From assembly GCA_965645245.1 (NCBI GenBank), contig OZ287073.1:124001-188000 (forward strand): DNA of 64,000 nt, in the 5' to 3' direction. The translations under genes were made by a program, and so were the position numbers. Under the pieces are notes generated by a model, which was given only the letters and a program-made list of their open reading frames with translations, was not told where the DNA came from and made no database searches. The stretch's first letter is position 1. Each line of letters begins with the position of its first letter. The DNA is from Massalongia carnosa. Its lineage: Eukaryota. Below, piece after piece: positions 51,500 through 64,000 of the stretch.

Positions 51500-54279
51500 A
51501 TGTACAGTTTCCTTCACAATCGACAATCAAGAATTGCTTGATGACCCGAAGTCAAGAGATTAGTCCGCTTTTGCTCGAGAGGCTACCTAGGGGTAGTTCA
51601 AAGCTCTCTCTGGCTTTGGATTGTTGGTCGTCATTTAATCGTCAAGGTTATTTGGCCATCAATGCTTACTTCATTGACGATAAATGGAATTATCACGAAG
51701 TGCTTCTTGCCTTCGAACACGTTGAAGGCTCACACACGGGAATAAAACTTGCTGAAGTATTAAATAGCGTTTTAATCAGACATTCTATTGAAGATCGTGT
51801 TTTGGCATTAACCACGGACAGTACATCTAATAACACAACGATGGTAGATGAGTTGCGACGAATGATACGAAGCAATCGGGCCTTGGCACTTCTACACACT
51901 GATGCTAATGAGATACAGCGAGTGCCTTGTTTATCGCATGTAATTCAACTTGCCGTGAAACAGCTACTTGGGTGTATTCACATTAATCCCAAAAATGCCG
52001 ATTTCAAAACTAGCTGGGATGATAAGCAAGATAGACAGGATTTCGAAAACCCGACACCTGGAGTTCCCCTTACGCTAGCTAAGGCAAGATTTATTTTGTG
52101 GTAGTCGTTATAGTAGTCGTTCTAAATTTCGATTAGGTTCGAGCATTAGCTGTTTACATTAACAGTAGCAATTTACGTAAGGAGAACTTCTACGCTGTTC
52201 AACGAGCATTGAATGACGAAGAGAGACGCACTGGAAACTCGGTCAGCGGTACAGTACTTAAGCTTTTTCAAGATGTAAATACTCGATGGGACTCCACATG
52301 TCACATGTTAATTCGAGCGCTCAAGTTGCGACAAGCGCTGAATAGATATCATGATAAACATGAAGCCGAGTATTTGAGATTGCTCGACGTGGAATGGTCA
52401 CAGATAGAATATCTTATCGATTTAACGACGCTATTCTGCGTCTTCACAAAGATAATTGGTCAATCAAAGCAACCGACCATTCATCAGGTGTTCGAGATCT
52501 ACAATAAGCTGTTCGATCATCTGGATCAAGCTCGCGCAAGATTATCTCGTAAGCGAGTATCGTGGAAACGTGCGCTATTGAATGGCATCGAGGCGGCTGC
52601 AACGAAATTACGTCAATACTATTCTAAAACTCAGGGGTCATTAGGTTATCTCTATGGAAAGGCGGCATTGCTATCTCCCAATAAGAAGGACCTAATTTTC
52701 AAGGGTCCCAATTGGGATGCGCCCTATGGGGAAAGTCGATGGGAAGATCAATATTGGTAATCTCTGGAAGCGGAATTCGATATCTACGAGAATTCTCAAA
52801 CCTCACAAGTACGCGGGCGTAATGTCGCGGTCATTCGAGACTTGAATAATCTGGATCTTCTTCTGAGTACGAATAATGCTACTCCGCTCGCTCTAGATGA
52901 CGAGTTCAACTGCTATCGTCAGCGAGGTAGGTTAACAAATACAATAAATCGGGTCTTTTGTCATTGTGTTCAACTTACTTACAATACACAGCGATGCATG
53001 ATCGTTTGGGTCCTATTCTACAACAGTGGAAAGATCTCGAGCCGGAATTTCCACAAATGAGTATGGTTGCCAGGGACATCCTTGCTGTACCAGCCGCTGG
53101 CGTTGGATGTGAGCGCGTTTTTAGCGTTGCGGGAGCCCTTTACGATCATCGCAAGAATTTTCATCCGGATACATTCTCCGCGATGATGATGGTTCGTTTC
53201 TACGATCAGAAGGAGAATGCAGATGCAAGTTTACACGTAGATTTGGAAGAAGAAGAAAGCATGAGTCTTGAGGATTTGACTAATGAGATGCAAAGGCGAC
53301 ATGAAGACCTAACACAGGTTTTTCAGAAGGTCTACATTAGTGATGAAGAAGACGATAACAATGACGAGGACCAGTTAACGCAGATCGGGTCATCGCAGTT
53401 TGAGCAGGTCTCAGCGCGAGATGTAAGCATCGAGTCACTTACTTTCGTGTCTTCTTGAGCTAATTATTCTATGGAAAAGTAAGAAACGAACTTACAATAA
53501 CAGAAACTCCATTTCCGAGCAACGCGATAGGAATAAGAGGATTGCAACGCGCACAAGAAGGGGTAGGCTTCCATCAAGCGAGGAGGTGAAGGAGGGTATG
53601 ATAGAGGAGGGTGTGGTGGATGAGGTGGAGGAGGAGGAGGAGGAAGAAGGTGTAGTGGATGAGGAGGAGGAGGAGGAGGGTGTGGTGGAGGATGAGGTAG
53701 AGGAGGGGGGTGGAGAGGGTGGGGGTGACAAGAAGGTGGAGAGTAAAGGAAGAGATGGTGAGAGACTTTCTTTACGAGTTTTGAATAGGAAGCGATGAAT
53801 TCGATATTCGATAGAAGATAGCATATGAATTTGTGATAGTCTTTATGGTAGTTCGACGTCAAAGAAATAAATGTTTTATCTATAATCTACATTATACTTT
53901 GTGATAGTCATTAAAATAAATCTACAATGATTGAAAATCCGGAAGGGGTGTGTCTAGGTAGCCGGAGAGGGTGTGTCTAGGTAGCGGATGGGGTGTCCAT
54001 ATATCAGTACCCTTTTCTGTTGGGTAACCCAACGATAACCCAACCCAACCCAAAACCCATTGGGTTGGGTTCTCAATTTAATAACCCAATCCAACCCAAC
54101 CCATTCCGCGGCGTACTCATATCTGTATCATATCGAATCACTTCAATTATTCAGATAACAATATTGCTTAGTATTTAATGATAAACAAGACAAATCAAGC
54201 GTTAATACAATCTGATTATCGGATTAATCGAGACATATAATAATCGTCGAGACTTTTAGTCGAGAAAACAACACAAATT

Positions 54280-54604
54280 TACGCTGCACAACGGGTAAGG
54301 TTTCTCTACTGAAAACCCAACCCGTTTGTGGCGAACTTTATAATTTTTGGTGTCCGGATTGTGACGAAGCGAGATAGTAAATAGATTCTACCATTGCGAC
54401 CCCTGTCCTTCCCGACTAAAAGGCACAATACTTAGTCCGCAGACCAAGCTATATTCTACTATAACTGGGACTCCTGCTATGTTCGCTGTAGGTCCTGCCG
54501 TCCGCACCACGCTTGGTCGAACCGTTACACGGGTTGATTTGTCAGAGAAAAACCGGTGCTGAAAAAGCAATTTGTGGCGAAAACCCAACCCGTTGCGCGG
54601 CGTA
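54280..54604. mobile_element. hAT MITE C containing a 170-bp solo LTR (54360-54529)
   Basis: TSD CACAAATT; inner TG...CA element with TSD cggat/cgggt. Confidence 0.9.
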
Positions 54605-54624
54605 CACAAATTATACAACGATAT

Positions 54625-54794
54625 TGGAACGGTTCGACCAAGCGTTGTACGGACGGCAGGACCTACAGCGAACATAGCAGGAGTTCCAGTTATAGTCGAA
54701 TAGAGCTTGGTCTGCGGACTAAGTATTGTGCCTTTTGGTCTGGACGACAGGTGGCGCAATAGTAGAAATCTATTCACTATCTCGCTTCGTCACA
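54625..54794 (-). mobile_element. Solo LTR, inverted sister of 54360-54529
   Basis: Reverse-complement homology; TSD GATAT. Confidence 0.88.
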
Positions 54795-54843
54795 GATATA
54801 ATGCACAAAAGTGTTTCTCTAGATTATGCGATTTGACAATATT

Positions 54844-56308
54844 TTTGAGAGTGACTCTGGACTAGGAGTAGTATAGTGGATTAAGGTGTTACGGTCTACC
54901 TAGAGGCTAGTCATAGGGACACCGTGAACGAAAACAATAAAGATAAAGAGGAAAGAAAGACTTGAAAAGTCGGACTTGTTTCCTATAAAGCAACGCGCTC
55001 TCTAGTCCCCATTCAGTAAGGTCGCAAAAGATTTTACCGCGCTATATCATGACTCCTGCCGGCCGGCTATGCCGCGCAACGGTCGGGTTTCTCTCCTGAA
55101 AACCCAACCCATTTGTGGCGAACCCTATAATTTTTGGTGTCCGGGATGTGTTTTCAGAGAAAAACCCGGTGGCGAAAAAGCAATTTTGTGGCGAAAACCC
55201 AATCCTTTGCGCGGCGTACGGCCGGCCAACAGGTCCGTCTACGGTTTCCGTAGTGCTCGATTAGGCTTAGTTCCTAAAGGCAAAAGGTAGAATCGTGATA
55301 AAGAGTAGAATAATTTAGTAGTTAAATTGTAAGATGATCTATCTAGGTAGGCCTAACACCCTATTATATAAATCAGTAGGCATAGTCGAGGTCTAGTCTC
55401 TTCAGTACTCTACCAACTATGCCAACTATGGGCGGACGTTTCTCCTGGGCTCAGATCTTCCATGGCCTGGCCCGTCCCATTAGTTATCACTTGGCCTGAC
55501 TATAGTATGACGGTATTCAGTTTAATAGAATTACCTCGCACCCTCCCACGTTTCCTGATCGGGTTAGTATTTAACAGGCTCTCTTGCCGTGAAATCTGCC
55601 CTGCATGTTGAATAGAACCGTGGCCCGTTATTCCGAACTATCCTGAAACCTCGCCCCATGTGTTCAGACGTTCTTCCGCTGCCTTCAGTGCACTCCCAAA
55701 CTCTTATATCCCGAATCCAATCACAACGTCTCCACTATCCAAGCCTACGACTGGGATTGCCCAGCAGAGAGAGATTGCTTCGGCATGGAGAAAGGCGAAA
55801 CAGGTCAAAGCGATCATGGTTAGGAAATTAGAACAGGAACAGAGATGAGGGCTGTGACGAGACGGACTCAATGAGATAAGATCAGGTGGTACGAAGTCTT
55901 TGCTATAGGTAGGCTATGGATATTTACAAGACGTTCGACAAGGAAGAAAGAAAATCTCAACAGCGAAAGCAAAGATATAATCTTTCCGTTAATCACGATA
56001 ACCATGCTGAGCCTAGCCCTCGCTTATCATTCAAGCCTTAGCGCCGTGACTCGATTCGGGTGCTAGCGAGGCAATACCGTGACAAGGGCAAGTCAAGAAT
56101 AGGGGGGTTGGAAGCCATGGCTATAAAACCTATGTGGTTTCTCAGGTGTTTGGAGCTCTTCGTCGGACGTCTTGTATACTGTCTCTAGACCTAGCTTTCT
56201 AAATAGTAACTCTTGTATGTCTCCCTATCTGGACCTTATCCGTAACATTTAGCACCGTTGAGTCATCAGGCTTAGTAATAATCAGCCTTATATGGCGGCG
56301 CTGTAATA
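54844..56308. mobile_element. Composite LTR-derived block (contains MITE D and solo LTR 55853-56084)
   Basis: Outer TSD ATATT; inner LTR TSD AGGGC; 55530-56247 is homologous to 57009-57439; other inner borders unresolved. Confidence 0.65.
55068..55218. mobile_element. hAT MITE D (151 bp)
   Basis: TIR family match; TSD CGGCCGGC. Confidence 0.93.
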
Positions 56309-56393
56309 ATATTAAATAAAGCTTTCAATATATATCTCCGTTTCTGTCATCATGTGAAGAACAAAACAATACACGGATAATATGAACAAATCT

Positions 56394-56597
56394 TGTAAAG
56401 GTAATCATCATAATAAGGATGTGTAAAAGGATATCTATTGAGATGTGCGAGCAAGCTCGTCTATATACAGCTAATCTAGACTAGTCCCAATCTGGACCTG
56501 CTCATATCATGGAAGGACCAAAGAGTTAAGCCGGGCTTATCACGGAGATAAGCAAGTGTTAGAGTAAGAAAGCATGCTATATTATATTATCGTGACA
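56394..56597. mobile_element. Solo LTR
   Basis: TG...CA, TSD AATCT. Confidence 0.85.
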
Positions 56598-56718
56598 AAT
56601 CTGAAGTTAAAATAGAACGATTGTTTTAAACGATGTTAAATACTGTTAAAGACGATTAAGCGTGCTTTTCGTCATTATCGATCGAGCTTTATTATGATAA
56701 TATCTCTTGCAAGATATC

Positions 56719-57814
56719 TGTTGAAAATCCAACTTCTATCAATACAATAAACATAGTATCTAGGAAACCGTAGAAGCCGTATTAGGCCTAGTCCCAAGAT
56801 AAGATAACGATCACCTCGCTTAATAGAAGGTGACCAGTAATAGACTCTTTATTCTTAACATCACGGTTATATATACTACTGTCATGAAATTAAGTTTGAG
56901 TTAAACCCTAAATAATTTACCCGAACTGCCAAGCGGCGATCGAGGTAAAAGCCACCTGAAAGCCTATTCAGATTCATCCTCGGTATGAGTCTGAATAAAC
57001 CCCTTACTTGTCACGGAATCGCTTCGCACCCTCCCGCTTGTCCTGATCGGGTTAGTATTTAACAGGGCCCATTGCTATGAAACCTTACCCATCGTGCTCA
57101 GGCGTTCTTCTGCCGTCCTCAGCGCACTATCAATCTCCTACAATCTGTATTCCAATGTCAACGTCTCCACTATCCAGGCTTATGACTGAGAATGCTTCAG
57201 CACAGATAAAGGCGGTATAGGTCAAAGCAATCACGTTAAGGAAATTAGTATAGGAACAGAGATCGGGCAAGTCGAGAATAGGAGAGTTGAAAGCCATGGC
57301 TATAAAGTCTATTTGGTTTCCCAGGTGTTTCGAGCTCTTCATCGGACGTCTTATGTATTATTCTCAACTTCTAGTTTTAGCATATCTAGATATCCGTTCT
57401 GCAAGATAGAGTCTTGTATCTCTCCAGCCCTCCCTGACATTACTCCTCTCCAGCAATCTCCTCACTCCACTATACCCTCTTATCGCTAGAACGATCACAT
57501 CCACTGGCCCACTTATCGCTCCACCTTATCGCCGCCACAATCACTAAAATCTCTCATCTAGGGTGAATGTAAAACATGAGAAAGAAGGGGCTGGCTCAGG
57601 TATAAAAAGAGGACATATCCAGTAGATAACTGTCTCCTCGTCCGACGTCTTGTATAGCAAACCACCTCCTAGCTATAGCCTCATTAATAAAGACATCTTG
57701 ATCATTCAATCCAATTCCTAGGAACATTAGTTCAATTCCCAACCCAGTCCTTGACAACTACATACACTTATTATTACATAGTCATATAACTATATCCATG
57801 TACCTATTTCAACA
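56719..57814. mobile_element. Three nested solo LTRs
   Basis: 56719-57814 TSD ATATC; 56880-57756 TSD ACTAC; 57009-57439 TSD TTACT. Confidence 0.9.
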
Positions 57815-58072
57815 ATATCTAGCGAGCTTATAATTTTGTCTCTTGTTATTCAAGACGATAAAAATTTAATATCAAAACTGACGTGAACATTAATCTCAAT
57901 CGAGAATAAAAATAATTGGATCGGTTTTTTACGGACAATGATATTATATGTTCGATTTCGCTCGAGACGACAAGCAGTTATTACTAGTAATCGCAACAAA
58001 GATATCAACCATATAATATCTGATCATTTTTCTGTAGTTATAAGTCTTTATTATTGCAAACATCTCCAAGAC

Positions 58073-58361
58073 TGTAAGGGGTCAAGTCTAAAAGCGCGAC
58101 TACTATATGGATTCGTGATGAATGTCCGAATTAGAGAGTGGTAAATCAATAAATTGATTAGTGACCCCTCGAAAGAAGTGGGCGATCAGGTCTTTATCCT
58201 ATAGCCCTACTTCTTCGGGTCGCGAGTCCGTTTATTTAATTACTGTGATTATGTTTGGTATAATGAAAAGAAGAATACGAACACGAGCCGTGTCCTAGTC
58301 GGAGATCGGAGATCGGTTATAACTACCGATTCGCTTATGTCAGGACGTGCGTGACCTGACA
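58073..58361. mobile_element. Probable solo LTR
   Basis: TG...CA interrupting collinear MULE DNA; TSD only 3/5 (aagac/ttgac). Confidence 0.6.
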
Positions 58362-58455
58362 TTGACAATGTCGATAAAAGATGAAAGAAGACATCGAAAT
58401 CTTTTCTGAAATGCGGTCAAAGCTAAAACACAGGCAAAATTTAACACTATACTTA

Positions 58456-59874
58456 ACGTAATTCACCTGTATTCGGAATACCCGTTTGTTCGGAACGGAC
58501 AAAACCACGAAACTTACATTCAACTATTATCTCTTCTACAACTTATTGAAGAAAACCCTAAAACTGATTTAATAAGGTAAAGGATATTATAATTATTATA
58601 ATAGCTGATTATTGATAAATTACACCGCTGAAATGGCTTCTTCCCGGCAGTTTCGAGTAACAAAATCGAGATTACGTACTACCTTAAAAGTCGAGATTAG
58701 AGAACGTTTAAAATAGGCAGTTAAGGTCTATGAGAAGGCAGAAGGGTCGTTATCTATTATGCAAGCTGCTTGACTTTATGCGGTACCGAAAACAATATTG
58801 TATCACAGTCGCCAGGACCAGGTATCGTACGTTACTTTAAAGCAGAGGTTAACGCCCGAGGAGGAGGAATCTCTTCAGAGCTGGGTTAACTAGAGCTACT
58901 AGACTCCGCTTTTGACAAAATATCAGCTAAGCCTTATACGGACGATAACACTCTACCTAGCGCTAGTACTCTTATTTAAACGCGTTATCTTTCAGGCCAA
59001 ATATCACCAATATCTGGAAACATAGTACAAGTCTCAGAGGTTGAGGAGTTTATATTACTATTTCGCCATCATACTCTTGATTCCTCTAAGCTTACTCTTC
59101 TACAAAAAACCCTTAAAGCAGCTAGGCCTGCTATGACTAATCGTATTGTCTTGAATCGTACTAATACGGAGCTTTTAGCAGCCAATACACGAAAAAAACA
59201 ACGAGCTCAATATACGGGCACTCAATACGATTTTCAAGGGGCTCGCGTATTGAGTTTAGAAGATGTGGAGAAAAGAAGACAACCAGCTGAAAATAAGAAA
59301 AAGGATAAAGAGGCTGGATCACAGGTAAGGAAAGAAAAACAGAACGATCGACTATTTTTTCAGGTATCTAAAGACCTAATACGATTTGAACTCGACCTAA
59401 TATACGTGCCTGATCTTGTAATATCTTGATCTTTACTTAAAAATAAGAAACGAGATGATTCTATTTTTCAAAATTCTTTTCACGACCTTATTTAGATCAC
59501 ACCTCATATTTAAGGAGACAGTTGAGGGTGACCTAGGGTTTAAAAAAACTGCTCGAAATAAAAGAAAAGATATTCGAAGAAAGAAAAATATCACTAGGTT
59601 GGTAAAAGGTGATATGGAAATAGTAGGAAAGGGGGAGATGTAGGAAGTTTTAGAGGTTCGGGTTAGTTCGCGCGGTCGTGTCATCTGTAACACTCGTAGA
59701 ATGTAGCTCTACAAGCTTATGCTAGCTATATATATTCACTAGAACCTGTTTATCAATTCCCGAGTACATATGCTAGAAATTTTGCGGATGCGGCGGTGAT
59801 AAAAAATTACGAAGGCTGGTATCAAATTTGTTAGTTCCGAATAAGCGGGTGTTCGGAATAGCGGTAAATTACGT
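58456..59874 (+). mobile_element. Fot1/pogo-like element, internally deleted
   Basis: ~40-bp TIRs starting ACGTAATT, TA TSD, HTH and C-terminal remnants, no DDE core seen. Confidence 0.85.
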
Positions 59875-60893
59875 TAACAAAATTACAGCGACGAAATTTT
59901 ATTGCCCCGATCATATTAAAAAATATCTTCAGAGCAGTGAACTTTATATGATTTTCCTCGTTCTCGATATGATCAATTATATTTTGTTATCCGATTAGAC
60001 CACACTAATTGGTAGGTGGCCTGCTAATATCACTACTAATAGAAGTGTCACTCGGTTTGCATTTGTTGCACTTAGTGAATTGCTAGCTACCAAGTACGCA
60101 TAAAAGGTGATGGGATAAGATAAAATAGATATTTAACTAGAGATGATTTCTATCATCAACTACCATCCTAAATTAACTATCAAGCTGTATGGGCTAAAAT
60201 GGAATATGGGTGAAAAGGAGTGGTGTATATTGATCTATGGGAGGTCTAGGCTAGCTAACTGAGGGATATCTCATAGGGGTTCGTGGGTCATGTGACCCAT
60301 GGCGGGTCATGTCACCCCTAATCGCCTGACATTAACCATGTTGCGAATTTCCTAAGTTGCCGTATTTTCTTGAGTTCCCGCATAACTATTTTTAGCTAAG
60401 CTCAATTGGGTAATCGCAAAATATTTAAAGAGTTCGATTTCTAATGTGGCGGGATGAGATTCCAAATCACTCTTTTACAGCATGATAAACCGCGAGAAGA
60501 GGAATAAGCTATAGTAGCTATTTTGACATACATTGCGACAATGGCCTCATCAGATTATCAATCCTTTCGGCTTCGTAAATTCGAAAGTTGCGAAGTTCGG
60601 TCAGCAAAGCCGAATAGGGGTAATATTCTTTAGATATAATAAGACGTTGATTTCTCATGTATTTTATCTATTCAGTCGCTATCAGGTAGCTATTCGGTGT
60701 AATAAATATTCAGCTATTCAGCACTTATTCTTGTACCTTTATCGTCCCAGACAACCTGCCTCCCATTATCCAGGCGCGTTTCAACAAACCAGATCAATTA
60801 ATCAAATCCAAAACGAGTCTCTTTTAGAATGTAAACCTACCTAACAAATAAGCTGGAAAGCTTACGCATATCTAAGCGATAACCAGCTTGATA

Positions 60894-63800
60894 GTTATGA
60901 GCCCGGCATCGCATCCCTCGTTCTAAAGAGCTCACAGTCAACCAAAGCATGGCAGATAAATCGAGAAGATACCAAAACGGGTAAGATCAAAAGTCCCTGC
61001 AATTAAATTCGTATATCTACATCACCTCGCATAAAAAAGAACAAAATTAAAAGCCAATCATGAGCTCCACACGGAAGATAGTGCTCGGTAAACCAGCATA
61101 TTGGGATACCTGTGTTGGAATACTCGCTTAGCCCCATTAGATCTAGCTCAGCCCTGCAGGCTGCCATGACTGCTATAAGCAGTCACCTCCGTAGTAATTT
61201 CAACATTATGCCGTCAACTGTTTATTTAACAGGTTATGAGTCCCGGGTTTGTGCTTTGCGCCCCTCCGACGGCATCCTTCATGCATAGACTACGTACTAT
61301 CATGTCGTATCAAGAAGATGATGAGGTGAAAGTTCAGACGTGGAAAGCGCGAAAACGAAGCGGAAACGACATCGAAAGGGATGAGAAACGAAGCGGAAAC
61401 GAAGCGGAAACGTCATCGAAAGTGGTGTACGTACGAAACGTGCTGAGGAGGACATCTACAATGGGCGGTGCCTCGAAGACTTCACATCTTGCATTACTGG
61501 TCAGATCAGCAAGGGGAGATAAAAGCCCTGCGATCAGGCCACCAACGTCAATGGTCTGCGGGAAAATGTCTAACAGAGACATCGAGAAAAGCCCTGCTCA
61601 GGCCATCAACAAAACACGTCCATAGTACTCTTCCCATCCACCCATACACTCACAAAAGCTACGTTTCGAGAGATGGTTATGGGTTTAATGAGGCTACAAA
61701 GCAGGACAACAAAAGACATAAGAAAGAACTACGTGCTTAGGGAAAATGGAGTCAGAGGGAGCTAGATTCGTTCCGCAAGGGGAGCGAATCGGACACAGCT
61801 GGATGAATCACTTCGCAAGGGGAGTGATAAAAGCTGGATAGTTTCAATTTTGGAGGCGAAAGGGGAGCCACGCTCGAAGGGGAGTGTTGGAATACTCGCT
61901 TAGCCCCATTAGATCTAGCTCAGCCCTGCAGGCTGCCATGACTGCTATAAGCAGTCACCTCCGTAGTAATTTCAACATTATGCCGTCAACTGTTTATTTA
62001 ACAACCTGGTTCTTATTCGTTCGGACTCGGGCAACAAATAGTGGGATCTGGAACCTAGTAAACCCAGAGACTACACCAAAGCCGTTAGATGTTCTACCGC
62101 CAATCAAACCGGTATTCATCCTACCAATAGATCCAAGCACATACGACCCAGCAGCCTATGAAGTCTTCAAAGTACAAACACATATTTACAAACTGTGGTT
62201 GGGGGAGTATGAAAAACAGCAAAAGGCGTACGCTGATCTTATCACGTTTATTCAAGAGACGGTGACAGTTCAGAACGCAACCTATATTCAAAAAGTAGAT
62301 GCTCATCCATGGAACCTCCTTCGAGCCTTGAAAGAACGGTTGGCACCAAGCGACGAGGCTCGCTCGATCGAGATAGAGAACAAATATCACAAGCTTTGCA
62401 AAGGACCTGGCAAGCAAGATATGGAAATATGGATTGAAGAATGGCAGACGGTCTATGCCGAGGGAAAAGCATACGGAATCAGTGAAGTCTCAGGAACACG
62501 ACCTATTCGTGATTTCATTATGGCTATTCTCATCAAAGAGGCTGCGTTTGCTAACACTTATCTGATTGGTTTAAAGAATCGGATAGAAGAAGAATTCTAC
62601 GAAATAGTAAAGGAATTTCGCAGTTATATTCGAATGCATCAAACGCAAAAGATCAATCAAAACACGCATTCAGCCTTTGCATCCGAGAAAAAGAAGGAAG
62701 GACAAGGGCAAGGAGCGACATTCAATGGGTAAAAAACACCCGATCCATGTCTTTGCGGGATGATTCACTGGTATAACAACTGCTACTATCTAGTATCAGA
62801 GAAACGATCCTCAAACTGGTCTCCAAACCCTGCCACCCAAGCTTAAGTTAATGAGAAGATGAAAGATCCACAAACCAAAGCTTGGGTGGAAAGACTTCTT
62901 CAACGGTCCAAGCAAATGGATTTAAAAATGGATAGAAACAATAAAAAGGCTACTGAGGAGAAGGAGCTCGGAACGTTTACATCGATAAAAACTGCATTAT
63001 TTTCTCAGCAGATTGCTACACGATCAGAGATTCATTGATATTGGATAACGGGTCTAACAGCCACGTGTGCAATAACACCATGAAAGAAAGATATCAATAT
63101 CAATGAAACGCCGATGGAGAGTATCTTATTGCTAGCACACAACGCCTAGCAATAGAGAGCTATGGCACAATAAACATAACTGTGCCAACTCCATCCGGTC
63201 CCAAATCCATGACTCTGTCAAACGTCGCATATGTTTCAGATTTCATGACTAATTTAGTCTCTCAAGATTTGCTCTATATCAAAGGGGTGTATTTTGATAA
63301 TTGGAAATTTCATCTTCATAGAGATGGAACTTCTATTGCTTACGTTAAACGCCACAACGGACATTATCTCATGGACAACACAGCAAAACAAGTATCAGCC
63401 TTTCCAAGTTAAGAAGACGGAACTGGCTAACATCAAGACCGAAACAGCACAGAAATGGCATCAAATCTTAGCACATGCCTCGAATGAAGCTATACAGCAT
63501 CTCGAGACATCCGCTAAGGGGGTGAAAATATCTAGTGAGGAAGTTCCTAAGACAAATGAATGCGAGCCTTGTGTATTATCTAAAGCACATCGTATCGTAT
63601 CTCGATCATCGAAAAATGCAGAATCATCAAAAGAGCCTTTTTATAGCATCACATATGATTTCATGCTGCTTAACACTGCTATGAATAAAGATGAATGGGT
63701 CTCTCATTTCGCATGCCATGCAACCGATTTTAATATGGTATTTACCCACGCTCACAAATCTGACGCTGCTAGGATAGTCAAAGAAGCTGTCAATATTATC

Positions 63801-64000
63801 GAGACTCGCTTTAAATCAATGGTAGTATTTATTCGACCAGACGGAGAACGTTCATTGGGAAATGAGTTCAAAGATCTGCTGATTGAGAAAGGCATTACCT
63901 ATGAATCATCAACACCCGATACACCGGAGCAAAACGGCCACTCTGAACGAAAGGGAGGTATATTGGCCATGAAAGCTCGGGCAATGAGAATCGACGCTGG
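60894..64000 (+). mobile_element. Degenerate Copia internal region running off the window
   Basis: PBS gttatgagcccgg; gag from 61059 interrupted by the TRIM; CLCGMIHW, ILDNGS, WHQILAH...CEPC, TPEQNGHSER; several stops. Confidence 0.88.
61113..62003 (+). mobile_element. TRIM (non-autonomous miniature LTR retrotransposon)
   Basis: Identical 119-bp LTRs 61113-61231 and 61885-62003, PBS ggttatgagtccc, PPT gaaggggag, TSD ACCTG, no gag/pol motifs. Confidence 0.95.

Larger units (their letters stand above)
50232..53798 (+). pseudogene. hAT transposase (introns, two LTR insertions, a stop near 52760, acidic tail)
   Basis: BED-like CSRC...HL, LALDCWSS, CLSHVIQL, TRWDST, dimerisation ARDILAVPAAGVGCERVFS. 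Confidence 0.92.
49661..54115 (+). mobile_element. Autonomous-type hAT element
   Basis: TIR tacgccgcggaatgggttgggttgg; TSD CTCATATC; GGGTT/AACCC subterminal repeats. Confidence 0.95.
42311..59984 (+). mobile_element. Second, RIP-decayed MULE copy fragmented by nested insertions
   Basis: Left TIR at 42311; interspersed pieces are collinear with 9782-11465. Confidence 0.9.

Noticed and set aside
53464..53862. Pro/His-rich and Ser-rich ORFs
   Set aside because: Antisense shadows of the GAG-rich acidic tail of the hAT transposase.
54887..56247. Single LTR with tgttacgg...ccgtaaca ends
   Set aside because: Flanks do not form a TSD; ends may belong to different elements.
61236..61625. TRIM-encoded protein
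   Set aside because: Low-complexity gaaacgaagcg repeats and no recognisable domain; cannot support.
61884..62732. 282-aa ORF as an independent gene
   Set aside because: TRIM LTR read in frame into the interrupted Copia gag.

Overview
Eukaryotic, almost certainly filamentous-ascomycete DNA (GT-AG introns with GCTAAC branch points, RIP-like C>T/G>A decay, fungal TE families). The left ~8.7 kb holds a decayed carbohydrate cluster (GH12-like fragment, UDP-glucose 6-dehydrogenase, divergent CelA-type GT2), all broken. The rest is a deeply nested transposon stack whose junctions can mostly be read from target-site duplications (TSDs): MULEs, a Tc1, three Copia-type elements, a Gypsy inside a Tad1-like LINE, a rearranged FunK1 kinase, a hAT family (one autonomous-type copy plus four non-autonomous derivatives), a Fot1/pogo remnant and many solo LTRs. 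Most notable: (1) a near-intact tyrosine-recombinase retrotransposon (gag-RT/RH-YR, Ngaro-like) with atypical ends and a possibly spliced YR, sitting inside a hAT MITE; (2) an 891-bp TRIM with identical 119-bp LTRs, one of whose solo LTRs disrupts the UGD gene; (3) a RIP-decayed MULE split by at least 12 insertions. All calls are by eye; no database searches were run.
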